Source of the DNA: an uncultured Desulfospira sp.
GTDB taxonomy: Bacteria; Desulfobacterota; Desulfobacteria; Desulfobacterales; Desulfobacteraceae
DNA length: 64,000 bases
NCBI GenBank assembly: GCA_963663165.1
Contig: OY760175.1
Coordinates: 3,136,001 to 3,200,000, forward strand
Direction of reading: 5' to 3'
Shown one piece after another: positions 40,919-50,985 of the stretch. Position 1 is the first letter of the stretch. Each line of letters opens with the position of its first letter. The notes under the pieces are model-generated. The model worked only from the letters and a program-made list of their open reading frames with translations, did not search any database and was not told the origin of the DNA. The position numbers and the translations under genes are program-made.

Positions 40919-41316
40919 TTAATTGATTGGCTGTTCTGCACTAGGAAAGATGGTTACAATGTCAGGAACGCCCTCGTTATAACGGTGCTTAACGTCATTC
41001 TTCCAAAACTCGTAAAGGGAATTGCCAATTTTACTGCGCAAATAGTCTAACGGAAAATTTCAAAATTAATTCGTTTGTAAGTGGGAACTCGTTCGGATAC
41101 GGAAAAAAAATCAGGAAAATAATGTAGTCTACTGCAAATAAAGTTTGATCCGCCACGGGCTAAGGTAAATACCCCGGCAATGTTCACTTGGTTCTTATCT
41201 AATTGAAGATAATCTGAATATCGGTTAAAATTATTTTCGAATTTTCCCAGCCACTGCTTCGAAGTAGATTTGAAAGGTCTGTTTCGACCGGGAGTGTTGT
41301 TAGACATTCTTTTCAT
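40919..41316 (-). pseudogene. Possible sulfotransferase-like gene remnant
   Basis: AGGAG RBS before ATG 41316; VFTLARGGSNFICSRLHYFPDFFSVSE resembles the sulfotransferase 5'-PSB region; frame breaks at about 41047 and a short open tail follows in another frame. Confidence 0.4.
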
Positions 41317-41355
41317 TTCTCCTATTCTGCTTTCTTCATCTATCCAATTAATAAT

Positions 41356-41955
41356 CAGTGATGCTCGGTTCGGTTTTTGCCTGCGCGGCAATTGGAATTT
41401 TTTGATCTTTGACAATATCGTCCGTTGCCATCCGTGATGAAAAGACACCAACGCATTTTTATAAGAAACTGGAGACAAGAAACAAGAGGGCGAAGCACCT
41501 GCGGTGCCCAATTTATAGTCTACCGTTGCTGGTATCTTCAGTTTCATTATTCGTTGTGGGCTTGTGGCCCATGGCCGTTATATGAAAGTCTCACTAACAT
41601 CTTGAGAAGACTTTCATTATTTGTTGTGGGCGGTTCTTGGTTGGATAACCGAGACGGCCCGGTTTCTGCCCTTTAGGGTATGGCCGTTAGTTGATCCTCA
41701 AAGGTCATTTTTAATGGTCGGCGGGCTCCCTTATGATTTTTATTCTGGTGACATGGGGTGCAAATCTGCCAGGAGCTCCATGAATTTGTCAAAATCCATA
41801 GACTGTAATTGTTTTTTAAGACTAAAATGTGCGCCATATTGGCCTCCCTGAAATAAAATTTTCAAGGCGCATAAAAATTTTTGCGTACATTTGTCAATAA
41901 AAAATTCTTAATAAATTTAACGGTTTTTACGCAAGAATCTAACCGAACAACACTG
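41356..41955 (-). mobile_element. Internally deleted IS4-family remnant with nested repeat modules
   Basis: 25 bp imperfect TIRs (41356-41380 and 41931-41955, 20/25); residual transposase-like peptides MAHIL...RPLKMTFEDQL and DIVKDQK...QAKT, recognised from memory of Desulfobacter IS4 proteins. Confidence 0.7.
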
Positions 41956-41961
41956 GGAATA

Positions 41962-42026
41962 TCCAAGATCTGAAATATTATTTCAGACCATCGGCGGAAA
42001 GTGAGTTCACCTTCCGTTTTCAGAAT
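41962..42026. repeat. 65 bp twin-hairpin direct repeat, copy 2
   Basis: Near-identical to 40389-40453. Confidence 0.85.
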
Positions 42027-42170
42027 ATTTTCTCCGAGTTATGCGAATTTTGGATTTGGAACGATCCCTCACACAACCACAATGTGATGTACCTGTATCA
42101 GGTCTGATCGAGTTGAGGCAATAAGAAAAAGCTGAATCCAGATTTCTTCAAAATTCCTTCAATATTTGTG

Positions 42171-42902
42171 TTACACCCGAGATGAACTATAAAACCGGGC
42201 CAGAAGCCGGGGATCCGCCCCCAGGGCATAAAGGCAAATCAGAATCCAGTTTCTCACGGTGGTATAAACAACCCCTTCTTGTTCCCACCGCCTGGCCGAA
42301 GTCGACAGGGCATGGTCAAGGAAAATAGGCCGGATTCTCTTTGCCTTGATCTTTTTCATGATCCCCACATCCTCCATGATGGGCACATCCGGGAAACCGC
42401 CGATGGCGTCAAACAGGGCCTTAGACATAAAAATCCCCTGGTCTCCGTAAGGAATTCGGGACAGCCTGGATCTTAAAGAAGCGGCTTTTTCAATAACACG
42501 AAATATTTGTTTTCCGGAGTTGATATGAAGATCAAAGGCACCGCAGAATCTGTGAAACGTTTTGTCTTTGGTTGAAGCTAAAGAACTGAACCTTTGGGCC
42601 ATCCGGTCAATGGCGGTTTGGTCCAAAACCGTATCCACATGTAGAAAAAAGAGCAGATCACCCGAGGCCTTTGCCGCACCGGCATTCATCTGAACGCCCC
42701 TGCCTTTTTCAGACTCAACCGGAATGACAAACGGGGGAAGGGAACGGCTTCTTTTTAGATGACTTAAGGTCGGGGCACCGGGTTCTCCGTCCACAATAAT
42801 GATCTCAACATCCCGGGGCAATTCAAGCCCCAGCAGCTGGTCCACCCTGGGACAGATTCTTAACGTCTCCCGGTATACCGGAATGATAATGGACAGTTTC
42901 AT
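42171..42902 (-). CDS. TIGR04283-type family 2 glycosyltransferase
   Basis: GRGVQMNAGA, FLHVD, IPYGDQGIF, IMEDV and TSARRW motifs. Confidence 0.88.
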   Translation of the reverse strand: MKLSIIIPVYRETLRICPRVDQLLGLELPRDVEIIIVDGEPGAPTLSHLKRSRSLPPFVIPVESEKGRGVQMNAGAAKASGDLLFFLHVDTVLDQTAIDRMAQRFSSLASTKDKTFHRFCGAFDLHINSGKQIFRVIEKAASLRSRLSRIPYGDQGIFMSKALFDAIGGFPDVPIMEDVGIMKKIKAKRIRPIFLDHALSTSARRWEQEGVVYTTVRNWILICLYALGADPRLLARFYSSSRV

Positions 42903-43170
42903 GCCCGCTGTTTACCACAGATTCCCGGCAAAAAACAGCCGCCATGTGAACAGCCCGGGTGAGGCTGTTTTTTTATGCCGAACGGGGGTTGATTTTCTTA
43001 AACAGGTTTTATAAATAAGGTCTTTGGAAAAAACTGCTTTTTGTCCGGTTTCATTTATGGATGGGGGATTAGCATTCTGGAATTGGCGTAAAACCGGCCA
43101 TATATTCAACCGGATGGGGTCATCCCATGGAAAAAATCCCGCAAAAAGACAATCAATTGAGGAAAGGCAA

Positions 43171-43557
43171 ATGACGGATCAGCTTTTATTGGAAAAGGTG
43201 TTTTCACAGGAATTTCTTGACGGACTGCTGCCCCCGGAAAAAAGTGACGATTTCTTTGAAGCGTTATACGGGGATGCTTCAGAAGGAGCCTATGATATCC
43301 GGCTGGTATGCCTTTCCCAGAGGGAAAACCGGGTGGTACTGGCCTTTAACCTGCTCCAGCGGCCGGGCAAGTGCCTGGTGTGCAGCCTGACCTACGGCCT
43401 GCCCAATGTATTCAACCGCCACCCTTTAATCAACCTCAAGGGGATGATCCAGAAAATCGAAGATGCCGGGGTTAAAGTCAAAAACTGGCGCCTTGGAAAT
43501 ACCGAAGAAAACAGCCGGGACCTGCACGTCATTCCCTTTTACCTGGATATTGAATAA
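43171..43557 (+). CDS. Conserved hypothetical protein of sulfate reducers
   Basis: FFEALYGDASEGAYDI and RPGKCLVCSLTYGLP motifs; RBS GAGGAAAGG. Confidence 0.75.
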   Translation: MTDQLLLEKVFSQEFLDGLLPPEKSDDFFEALYGDASEGAYDIRLVCLSQRENRVVLAFNLLQRPGKCLVCSLTYGLPNVFNRHPLINLKGMIQKIEDAGVKVKNWRLGNTEENSRDLHVIPFYLDIE

Positions 43558-43594
43558 TATTTAACGGCTGGGCCAAACAGCCGCCTTAAAAAAC

Positions 43595-43635
43595 AAAGGG
43601 ATCAAAAACCTTGAAGCATGGTTTTTGATCCCTTT
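43595..43635. terminator. Bidirectional terminator between convergent genes
   Basis: AAAGGGATCAAAAACC...GGTTTTTGATCCCTTT inverted repeat. Confidence 0.7.
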
Positions 43636-43695
43636 CTTATTTTGTGCCCGGACGAAACCTCCGTGTTTGGACGGTTATGACTATCCGTTCAAACA

Positions 43696-44223
43696 CTATT
43701 TAGGCAGCTTGGGAAATTCCTTGTTCAGAATCTTATTCCATCCATCAGCCTTGTCTTTGACCTTTTTTAGCAGTGCGCCGGTGTTGCCCTGAACGGTTAC
43801 CTTTTCGATGACATCTCCCTGGGCAATACTGTCCACCACTTTCTGGTCGTCTTCGCCTTCCACGCAGCCAAACACGGTGTGCATCCCGTCCAGGTGAGGG
43901 GTTGGGCCGTGGGTGATAAAAAACTGGCTGCCGTTGGTGCCGGGGCCGGCATTGGCCATGGACAGTATCCCGGGCCGGTCATGCTTGAGGTCTTTTTTGA
44001 ACTCATCCTCAAACTCGTACCCCGGACCGCCCATGCCGTTGCCCCAGGGGCAGCCGCCCTGGATCATGAAATCGGAAATCACCCGGTGAAATTTTAATCC
44101 ATTGTAGTACTCGCGCCTGGCAAGGTTCACAAAATTGCCGCAGGTGACGGGGGTCTTGTCTGCAAACAATTTGAGCCGGATGGTGCCCTTGCTGGTTTCC
44201 ATTATTGCTGTAAGATCTGCCAT
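43696..44223 (-). CDS. Cyclophilin-type peptidyl-prolyl isomerase
   Basis: [30 protein letters not shown] and HTVFG motifs. Confidence 0.95.
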   Translation of the reverse strand: MADLTAIMETSKGTIRLKLFADKTPVTCGNFVNLARREYYNGLKFHRVISDFMIQGGCPWGNGMGGPGYEFEDEFKKDLKHDRPGILSMANAGPGTNGSQFFITHGPTPHLDGMHTVFGCVEGEDDQKVVDSIAQGDVIEKVTVQGNTGALLKKVKDKADGWNKILNKEFPKLPK

Positions 44224-44450
44224 GTCTGTCTCCTTTTTTGATTTACAAGGCTGAAGGGATTTAGGCTGAAGGCTGTTAGGGCTTCAAATCCTGACCGTTC
44301 AGTGTTTTCAACGTTTATTTTGAGCCGGTTCCTGGCGGAAAAGCCAATCCGGCCCGGTGTCTGACCTTTGGGGGTACGCCGTTACTGAAATAAAATCCCT
44401 TTGAAAATAAAGCGTTGTTCAGAAATGTCAAATTTAGACTGAAGGCCGAA

Positions 44451-44752
44451 CAGAGCAATCGCGTGTAAAAAAATTATCCTCGATGGTTTTTATTTACATA
44501 TGCATTCAAGGCCCGCCCCTCTGTGGTGTTTGGCGTAAGCCAGACCTCTGTACCTCTCTGTGGTTTAAAACAAGAAATCCCGAAGGGGTTGAATTATTCT
44601 TCTTTAACCTCCTGGTTTTATAAATTGTGGGCTTCGCCCACTCTTTAAATTTAACCACAGAGGGGCACAGAGAAACACAGAGTTTCAGTGCTGCGCACTG
44701 AAATTGCATTCGGTAAGCTTAAACAATGGGAAAGTTACATGCGATTGCCCTG
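44451..44752. mobile_element. 302 bp non-autonomous ISAs1-type MITE
   Basis: TIRs CAGAGCAATCGCGTGTAA / TTACATGCGATTGCCCTG; flanks GAAGGCCGAA / GAAGGCTGAA (TSD-like); second copy at 61806-62330. Confidence 0.88.
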
Positions 44753-44837
44753 GAAGGCTGAAGGCGTTTAGGGTGAAGAATTCTAATTCCTATGGTCCTA
44801 TCAATCTTCAGCCTTCAGCCTATCCACCTTCTTCGGC

Positions 44838-47039
44838 CTATCTGCCTGCCAGCCTCTTGCCAAGCCAGCTTTGGTACCGGCACATGCCCGCCAGGGCCTT
44901 CACGGCCCGTTCCGGGGAAGGAAAGCAAACGGCCTTGTACCGTGTATCCGGATACCGGTAAAGGGTCCGGCTCTCCTCATCGGTCAGGAGACTGACCCCT
45001 AACACCGGTTTTTCATATTTTTGGGTTAAATCCACCACATACCGGATATATTCCTTTTCCGTTTCAAGCATGCTCTTTTTGAAGGCCTCCCCCTGGGCCT
45101 TTGAAACAGCCGGGTCTGACCGGTATACAGAATTGACCAGATTGTTGAGCAGAATTCTCTGGCCATGGACCCCCAAATGGATCACGGCGTCGCACCCGTC
45201 CCACATGAGCAGCTCTTCCAGGCTGGCCTTGGAGACTTCAAGACTGGTTTCTCCCACCAGGTCCACAGGGTTGCCATGGCTCCAGTAATCGGGCAGCACC
45301 TTGTTGAGCCGGTCAACGATATTACCAGACAGGGAAGGGATTTCAAGGCCGTGTTCGGTACACAGATCCGAGGCAATGACCCCCCATCCCCCGCCAAGGG
45401 TCATGATGGCCACCCGGTTTCCTTTGGGCAGGGGCAGGGATGAAAACACAGCGGAAAGGTCTAACAGTTCCATGGGCTGTGACACCTGGATAATCCCGGC
45501 CTGGCGGCATGCGGCATTGAAGACACCGGCATCCGAAGCCATGGCCCCGGTATGGCTGGACGCAGCCTTTTCTCCCATCCGGGTCCGCCCCCCTTTCAGG
45601 ACCACCACCGGCTTTTTCCCCGACAGCCGCCGGGCGCTTTCCAGAAACCGCCGGCCGTTTTTAACACTTTCGATATAAAGCACCACTGTCTTTGTCAGTT
45701 CATCAACCTCGAAGGCTTCCATATAATCTTCAATGGTCACCATGGCCTCATTGCCTGATCCTGAGAACGCCCTGATCCCGATGTCCTGCTGCTCGGCAAA
45801 GGCCAGCAGCTGGGTTCCCATGTTGCCGGACTGGCAGACCAGGGCCGTGGACCCGGCCAGAGGATAGGCATGGGCCGCCGTACAGTAAAACTGGGCATGG
45901 GGATTGCAAACGCCCATGGTATTGGGCCCCAGCACCAGAATCCCGGCTTCCCGGGCCTTTTCCACCACTTGCCTTTCCAGTGTTTCCCCCTCTTTTCCCA
46001 CTTCCCTGAACCCCGAGGTGATCAACAGCATCCCTTTAACGTTTTTGGCCTTAAGTTCCGGGATAATGTCCAATACCCGGGAGGCTGGAATGGTCACCAC
46101 GGCCAGATCGATATCCTCTTCAATCTCAGTCACGGAAGTAAAGGCCTTTTGCCCTAAAAGGATACCGCCTTTGGGGTTGACCAGAAACACCTTGCCCTTA
46201 AAGTCCCGGGACAGGGTGCTGGCGGGCAGCATATGGCCCCATTTGCCGGGGGTGTTGGAGGCGCCCACAAATGCAATGGACTGGGGATAAAAACAGATAT
46301 TGAACGCTTTAAGGTTCGCGGGCCGGACAGGGGCATGGCCTTCTTTGGGGGCGTCAAGCACCACCAGACCGTCCACGGCCACCGGGCTGCCGTCGGGCTG
46401 GACAATCAGGGGATTAATGTCGATCTCCTTTATTTCAGGACAGGCCAGGGCCATATGGGAAAGCCCGCTTAACACCGCTTTAAGGCTCTGGATGTCGGCA
46501 TTTTTTTCTCCCCTGAAAGGGCCCAGCAATTTTCTGGAGACAAGGCCTTTGAGCATATCCTCAATATCGGCATCGCTCAGGGGGGCAACCCTCATGACCA
46601 CATCTTTGAGGGCCTCGGTAAAAATCCCCCCAAGGCCGAACATGATCACAGGCCCGAACTGGGGATCACGGAACATCCCGGCGGTAAATTCACGCTTTCC
46701 CTTTATCATGGGCTGGATCAGAAAATATTCAGGGGACGGGGATGCCGTGGCGGCCATGTCCTCCATTTCAGCTGCCAGAGCCTCTGGACTGGCGATGGCC
46801 AGCCGGACCAGCCCGGACTCGGTTTTATGGGCCATGCCCGGGCAAATCCCCTTTAAAACCACCGGGAATGACAACCCTTTGGTCTTTGCTGCCGCTTTGT
46901 TGGCGGTACGGCAGACCATTTCCTCAACCACCGGGATCTGAAACCATGAAAAAATCTTCTTGGCGTCATCTTCATCTAAAACCGTTACCCCTGCCTCTAA
47001 TTTTGCCCTGATTAAATTTTGGGTCTCATCCGTGTTCAT
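44838..47039 (-). CDS. ADP-forming acetate/acyl-CoA ligase, ATP-grasp domain first
   Basis: HKTESG, RDPQFGP and EIDINPL; then GASNTPGKWG, GPNTMG, QSG and phospho-His SHTGA. Confidence 0.9.
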   Translation of the reverse strand: MNTDETQNLIRAKLEAGVTVLDEDDAKKIFSWFQIPVVEEMVCRTANKAAAKTKGLSFPVVLKGICPGMAHKTESGLVRLAIASPEALAAEMEDMAATASPSPEYFLIQPMIKGKREFTAGMFRDPQFGPVIMFGLGGIFTEALKDVVMRVAPLSDADIEDMLKGLVSRKLLGPFRGEKNADIQSLKAVLSGLSHMALACPEIKEIDINPLIVQPDGSPVAVDGLVVLDAPKEGHAPVRPANLKAFNICFYPQSIAFVGASNTPGKWGHMLPASTLSRDFKGKVFLVNPKGGILLGQKAFTSVTEIEEDIDLAVVTIPASRVLDIIPELKAKNVKGMLLITSGFREVGKEGETLERQVVEKAREAGILVLGPNTMGVCNPHAQFYCTAAHAYPLAGSTALVCQSGNMGTQLLAFAEQQDIGIRAFSGSGNEAMVTIEDYMEAFEVDELTKTVVLYIESVKNGRRFLESARRLSGKKPVVVLKGGRTRMGEKAASSHTGAMASDAGVFNAACRQAGIIQVSQPMELLDLSAVFSSLPLPKGNRVAIMTLGGGWGVIASDLCTEHGLEIPSLSGNIVDRLNKVLPDYWSHGNPVDLVGETSLEVSKASLEELLMWDGCDAVIHLGVHGQRILLNNLVNSVYRSDPAVSKAQGEAFKKSMLETEKEYIRYVVDLTQKYEKPVLGVSLLTDEESRTLYRYPDTRYKAVCFPSPERAVKALAGMCRYQSWLGKRLAGR

Positions 47040-47633
47040 TTAAGCCTTTACCCCGTTGAAAATAATGTTGGCAATTTCCCTTGACACTTTTTTGACATCC
47101 ACGTCCCTGCCAAAAATGATCTCGCCTAAGCAGGCATGTTCAATGGCCCCCATGATCAGGCGCCGCAGCACGCGGGCGTCGGTATCGGGTTTTAAATGCC
47201 CTTGTTCAATTCCCTGTTCAATGATCTCAAGAAGGACCCGGGCATATTCCTGCACCATGCCATAGGCGCAGGATTCAAAATACGCCGGAGAGTTCCTGAC
47301 CTCCAGCAGCAGAATTTTTGCCAGGACCCGGTTGGCCGCATAGCTTTCAAGGCTGGTGAGAATCATCACCTGAAGTCTGTCCAGGCAGTTTTCCTTTTCA
47401 GACAGGCGGGTTACGATCTTTTCTTGAAAAAAAACAAAGTGTTCGTTAAGCACCTGATACAACAGGTCCTTTTTATCTTTGAAATACTTGTAGATCAGCC
47501 CTTCCGTCACCCCGGCGGTTTCAGAGATTTCAGCTGTTGTAATGGCGTTGAACTCTTTGGTTTTCATCAGCCCGGAAAGGGCTTTCATGATTTTGATTCT
47601 TCCCGGCGGATTGGTGTTCCCTTTGTGTCTCAT
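47040..47633 (-). CDS. TetR-family regulator
   Basis: ITTAEISETAGVTEGLIYKYFKDK HTH. Confidence 0.9.
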   Translation of the reverse strand: MRHKGNTNPPGRIKIMKALSGLMKTKEFNAITTAEISETAGVTEGLIYKYFKDKKDLLYQVLNEHFVFFQEKIVTRLSEKENCLDRLQVMILTSLESYAANRVLAKILLLEVRNSPAYFESCAYGMVQEYARVLLEIIEQGIEQGHLKPDTDARVLRRLIMGAIEHACLGEIIFGRDVDVKKVSREIANIIFNGVKA

Positions 47634-47673
47634 AATGAATTCTCTGCCCTGCTTGATCTGCCTCAATAAAAAG

Positions 47674-47711
47674 GTAAGTAACACTTACTCACAAAAACAA
47701 ATAAATGTCAA
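47674..47711 (-). promoter_or_regulatory. TetR operator palindrome and -35 box
   Basis: GTAAGT-aac-ACTTAC at 47674-47688; minus-strand TTGACA at 47711-47706. Confidence 0.6.
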
Positions 47712-47804
47712 GTACGGATATTTGGGAACCCAAGGGAGACCGGATGCACAATCCCCTGCGGAATCGCAAAACCGGTCTCCCGTTTCCGGTCTCCATTCTT
47801 TACA

Positions 47805-48419
47805 TTACGCCCGGATGGGAAAAATCGCGAAGATGGTGGTGGTCCATATGCAGTGGGATACGATCAAAGGGCCCAGGCGCCCCAGGCGCCAGTACATAAA
47901 TCCCCAGAAAAGCCCGGCCACGGCTGCCGCGCCGATGAGCATGAAATTTAAAGCACACAGGTGTATGGCCGTATAAAAAAAAGCGGCGGCAAGCCACCCT
48001 CTAAGCCCGCCTAACCGCCGGGACAGCCGCTCCTGCACAAAGCCGCGCCAGAAAATCTCCTCACACGGGCCGGTAATGAAAAAAAGCAGCAGGCAGATCA
48101 GCCATGCCGGCGTACCATCGCCTTTGGCATAGATGCTGCCTACCTGGGACACGGCAAAGGGAAAAAGCCATTTGCTGACAAGGTCCCCTATAAAGAAAAT
48201 GGCGTACAGCACTGCCGCAGACCCCGCTCCCCAGACAAGATCCCCTGGCCGGAACCGGAACCATTGACCGGGGCCAAACCCGAAAAAAGCTGCCAAAACG
48301 CTCAGACACAGGGCCGAGGCACTGATTTTTATCCAGAAGTTTCCCCACCCCACGGCAAAAGAAAAAAACCAGAGAACAAACGCGGCACCGATGCAGATGG
48401 CCAGCTGTTTTGTCTTCAC
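47805..48419 (-). CDS. CPBP (CAAX protease/Abi) family membrane protein
   Basis: EEIFWRG, FYTAIH and SHCIW motifs. Confidence 0.85.
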   Translation of the reverse strand: MKTKQLAICIGAAFVLWFFSFAVGWGNFWIKISASALCLSVLAAFFGFGPGQWFRFRPGDLVWGAGSAAVLYAIFFIGDLVSKWLFPFAVSQVGSIYAKGDGTPAWLICLLLFFITGPCEEIFWRGFVQERLSRRLGGLRGWLAAAFFYTAIHLCALNFMLIGAAAVAGLFWGFMYWRLGRLGPLIVSHCIWTTTIFAIFPIRA

Positions 48420-49309
48420 AGGAGAAACACCTTGTCCAGCAGGATTGAAATCAACAGCAGGCCCCCAAAAGCGGTATCGAATTTCGCTGTCCTGGCATCG
48501 GCATCCGACGGTGCTGTTCCGGAAAACATTCTAAAAACAGGCCAGGCCAGGGGAAGGGACAACATTACCAGCAAAGACCAGGGCGACAGGGGGCCTAAAA
48601 CCGACATGGCCACAATGGCAAAAAAGGATCCGGCCACCAGGCCTAAAAACAATTTTTTACCCTTGTCATACCCCATGCGTACGGAAATGGTGGATATGTT
48701 CTGCTGCCGGTCGTATTCCGTATCCCGCAGGTTGTTGGCCAGAAGCACCAGGCTCACCAGAAGCCCTAAGGGGATGGAAACCAGGGCCAGGGACCAGGAC
48801 AGGTGCTGCATCTGGACAAAATACGCCCCCTGCATGGCCAAGGGCCCCCAGATTAAAAAAACCAGGGGCTCGCCAAGGGTATGGTATTTAAGACTGATTG
48901 GCGGGGCCGTATAAATCAACCCTAAAAAAACCCCGGCAAGGCCAAAGGCCAGTACGGCCAGTCCCCTGGTAACGGTAAGCCAGATGCCAATGCCAATCCC
49001 CAGAGCATATAACAAAGCCGCCGCCGCCAGCACATGGCCAAGATTGATGTCATCAAAGGCCAGGGGATGGGGCCGGTATTGGGTTGTGGGAGCGTTGGGC
49101 ACATCCACCCGGTTTTTAACGTCAAAATAATCGTTCATCAGATTGGACGCCCCGTGGATGCAGATCATGGCCATCAGGGCCGCCAGGCACAGACCTAAAG
49201 AAAACCCCTGGCCGATGGCCCAGAAACTGCCGGCAAAAACAGATATGACACTCATGGTAAACGACCAGGGCCGGGTGGCCAGGATAAGATCCCTGTGCAA
49301 CTTTTTCAT
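48416..49309 (-). CDS. menA: MenA/UbiA-family prenyltransferase
   Basis: ATRPWSF, NDYFD, YTAPP..LKY..LGE and NNLRDTEYD motifs. Confidence 0.8.
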   Translation of the reverse strand: MKKLHRDLILATRPWSFTMSVISVFAGSFWAIGQGFSLGLCLAALMAMICIHGASNLMNDYFDVKNRVDVPNAPTTQYRPHPLAFDDINLGHVLAAAALLYALGIGIGIWLTVTRGLAVLAFGLAGVFLGLIYTAPPISLKYHTLGEPLVFLIWGPLAMQGAYFVQMQHLSWSLALVSIPLGLLVSLVLLANNLRDTEYDRQQNISTISVRMGYDKGKKLFLGLVAGSFFAIVAMSVLGPLSPWSLLVMLSLPLAWPVFRMFSGTAPSDADARTAKFDTAFGGLLLISILLDKVFLL

Positions 49310-49491
49310 TTTCAATCCCCCTTCTTTAATGATCCATCCAGAATCAACGGCGGCGGCAAGACTTCCTGCACCACAGCCAATAGACGATTTTTCGTTTAGA
49401 CCCTACTTAGAATAAGGGGAGTGATGTTGTCAATCAGATTAAGCCTTCAGGCCCGTTTACCCCCACCCACAGGAGATCCCCTTATACCGGG

Positions 49492-50985
49492 TTAGGGCAA
49501 CCCCCTCGAATTCCGTGCGGTTTGGGGAACCACCCTTGGGATTTTAATTGAAAACTTTGTTCCCCGGTCCTTGGAGGACTTGACCTTGATCTCCCCTCTG
49601 TGCTGGCTGATCACCTTATTGGCGATGTAAAGCCCTAAGCCGGTGCCCTTGTTCCCTTTAGAGGAAAAGAAAATGGTAAAAATATTTCTTAAGGTTTGTT
49701 CATCCATGCCCTGGCCATCATCCTGGATGGTAAACACCACCTTTTCTTTGTCTGCCCGGGCATGAAACAAGATCTTATGTTTTTTGGCTTCCTGATCATC
49801 CACACAGGCCTCTATCCCGTTTTCCAAAATATTGACCATTGCCGACTGAAGGCTGGGTTCGTCCACCTCAAACATCTCATCTTCGGTCAGTATCTCAAGT
49901 TTATGCTCAAGGCAAATCCGGTTTCTTTTGGCCTTGTTTGAAACAATTTTCAAAGTGCTTTCAAAAAAATCCTCGACCGAAACACTGCGCCACTCCATCT
50001 TTCTTGTCTTGGTATAATAAAGGATGTCCATGACCAGCTTTTTTATCCTGGCCGTCATCTGCCGGGACTGGAGAAACCCCTCTTTAACCTTGTCCCGGTT
50101 ATGGTTTTCCAGCCCCTTTTCCATCAGATAGATCCCCCCGTCCAGGCTGGTCAAAAGCCCTTTGATGCCGTGAGAAATAGAGCCGATCATAAATCCAAGG
50201 GAGGTCAGATGATCTTCGAGCCGGCGGACTTCAGTGATATCCGTGAGCATGACCATGGCCTGGTCAACCTTGCCCTGCATATTTTTAATGGGGGCGGTCC
50301 AGCACAACACCACATATTTTACCCCGTCCGAGGATATGATTTCCATTTCAGAGGAATGATTGGTTCCGTCTTTGATGGTTTTTTCCAGAGGGCAGTTGGA
50401 ACAGGGCTCGTCCCGGTTTTTTAAAATGCCGAAACAATAGGATCCCGTGTGATTTCCAAAGTATTCCTTAAATTTTTTATTGCAGTCCGTGATCTGGTAA
50501 TCCTTGTCCCGGACATAAGTAAAACAGGGGACCTCGTCAAACAGCTGCTGGTAATTTTTTTTGGACCGGGCATACCGGCTCTGGTAACAGGTGTCGTTAA
50601 AACAGACATGCTGCTCCAGGCAATTTCTTTCTATGGACCGGTTAATATAAAAATCCAGGGTCCGGGCTGTGGCCGGCAGGGTAAAAAAATCCGATGCCCC
50701 GCTCCTTAAGGTCTTCACCCCCGTATCGAGCATATCCCGGGTCACGGCGGCAATGATTTCTTTATCCGGTTCATTTTTTGTAATCTGTGAAATTTGTTCC
50801 AGGCAGTCCTGTTTTTCTTTTTTAAGAAACAGGATAACGATATCGGGCTGGGTTCGTTGCTTGGGGAAATCTAATTCCCGGGCCGAATCAATGGAGTGAA
50901 ACTCCATATATGAATAAAACTTGGATTTTTCAAGATCGGGAATGTCACCCGGGGCATAGTTTATCAGTTCAATGGTTTGAATCAT
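49492..50985 (-). CDS. Sensor histidine kinase with degenerate receiver-like region and Cys-rich PAS domain
   Basis: GASDFF; CFGILKNRDEPCSNCP; SHGIKG H-box, N-box, DDGQGM and GTGLGL. Confidence 0.88.
   Translation of the reverse strand: MIQTIELINYAPGDIPDLEKSKFYSYMEFHSIDSARELDFPKQRTQPDIVILFLKKEKQDCLEQISQITKNEPDKEIIAAVTRDMLDTGVKTLRSGASDFFTLPATARTLDFYINRSIERNCLEQHVCFNDTCYQSRYARSKKNYQQLFDEVPCFTYVRDKDYQITDCNKKFKEYFGNHTGSYCFGILKNRDEPCSNCPLEKTIKDGTNHSSEMEIISSDGVKYVVLCWTAPIKNMQGKVDQAMVMLTDITEVRRLEDHLTSLGFMIGSISHGIKGLLTSLDGGIYLMEKGLENHNRDKVKEGFLQSRQMTARIKKLVMDILYYTKTRKMEWRSVSVEDFFESTLKIVSNKAKRNRICLEHKLEILTEDEMFEVDEPSLQSAMVNILENGIEACVDDQEAKKHKILFHARADKEKVVFTIQDDGQGMDEQTLRNIFTIFFSSKGNKGTGLGLYIANKVISQHRGEIKVKSSKDRGTKFSIKIPRVVPQTARNSRGLP

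Noticed and set aside
41047..41547. 166 aa ORF as a single gene (and the similar 58712-59020 ORF)
   Set aside because: It is a chimera of repeat DNA, an IS end and a gene remnant; MKLKIPATVDYKLGTAGASPSC appears in both ORFs only because of the shared repeat.
28241..42902. Arsenosugar or selenosugar biosynthesis cluster
   Set aside because: Only the two glycosyltransferase-like genes are present; no radical SAM, methyltransferase or selD partner in the window.
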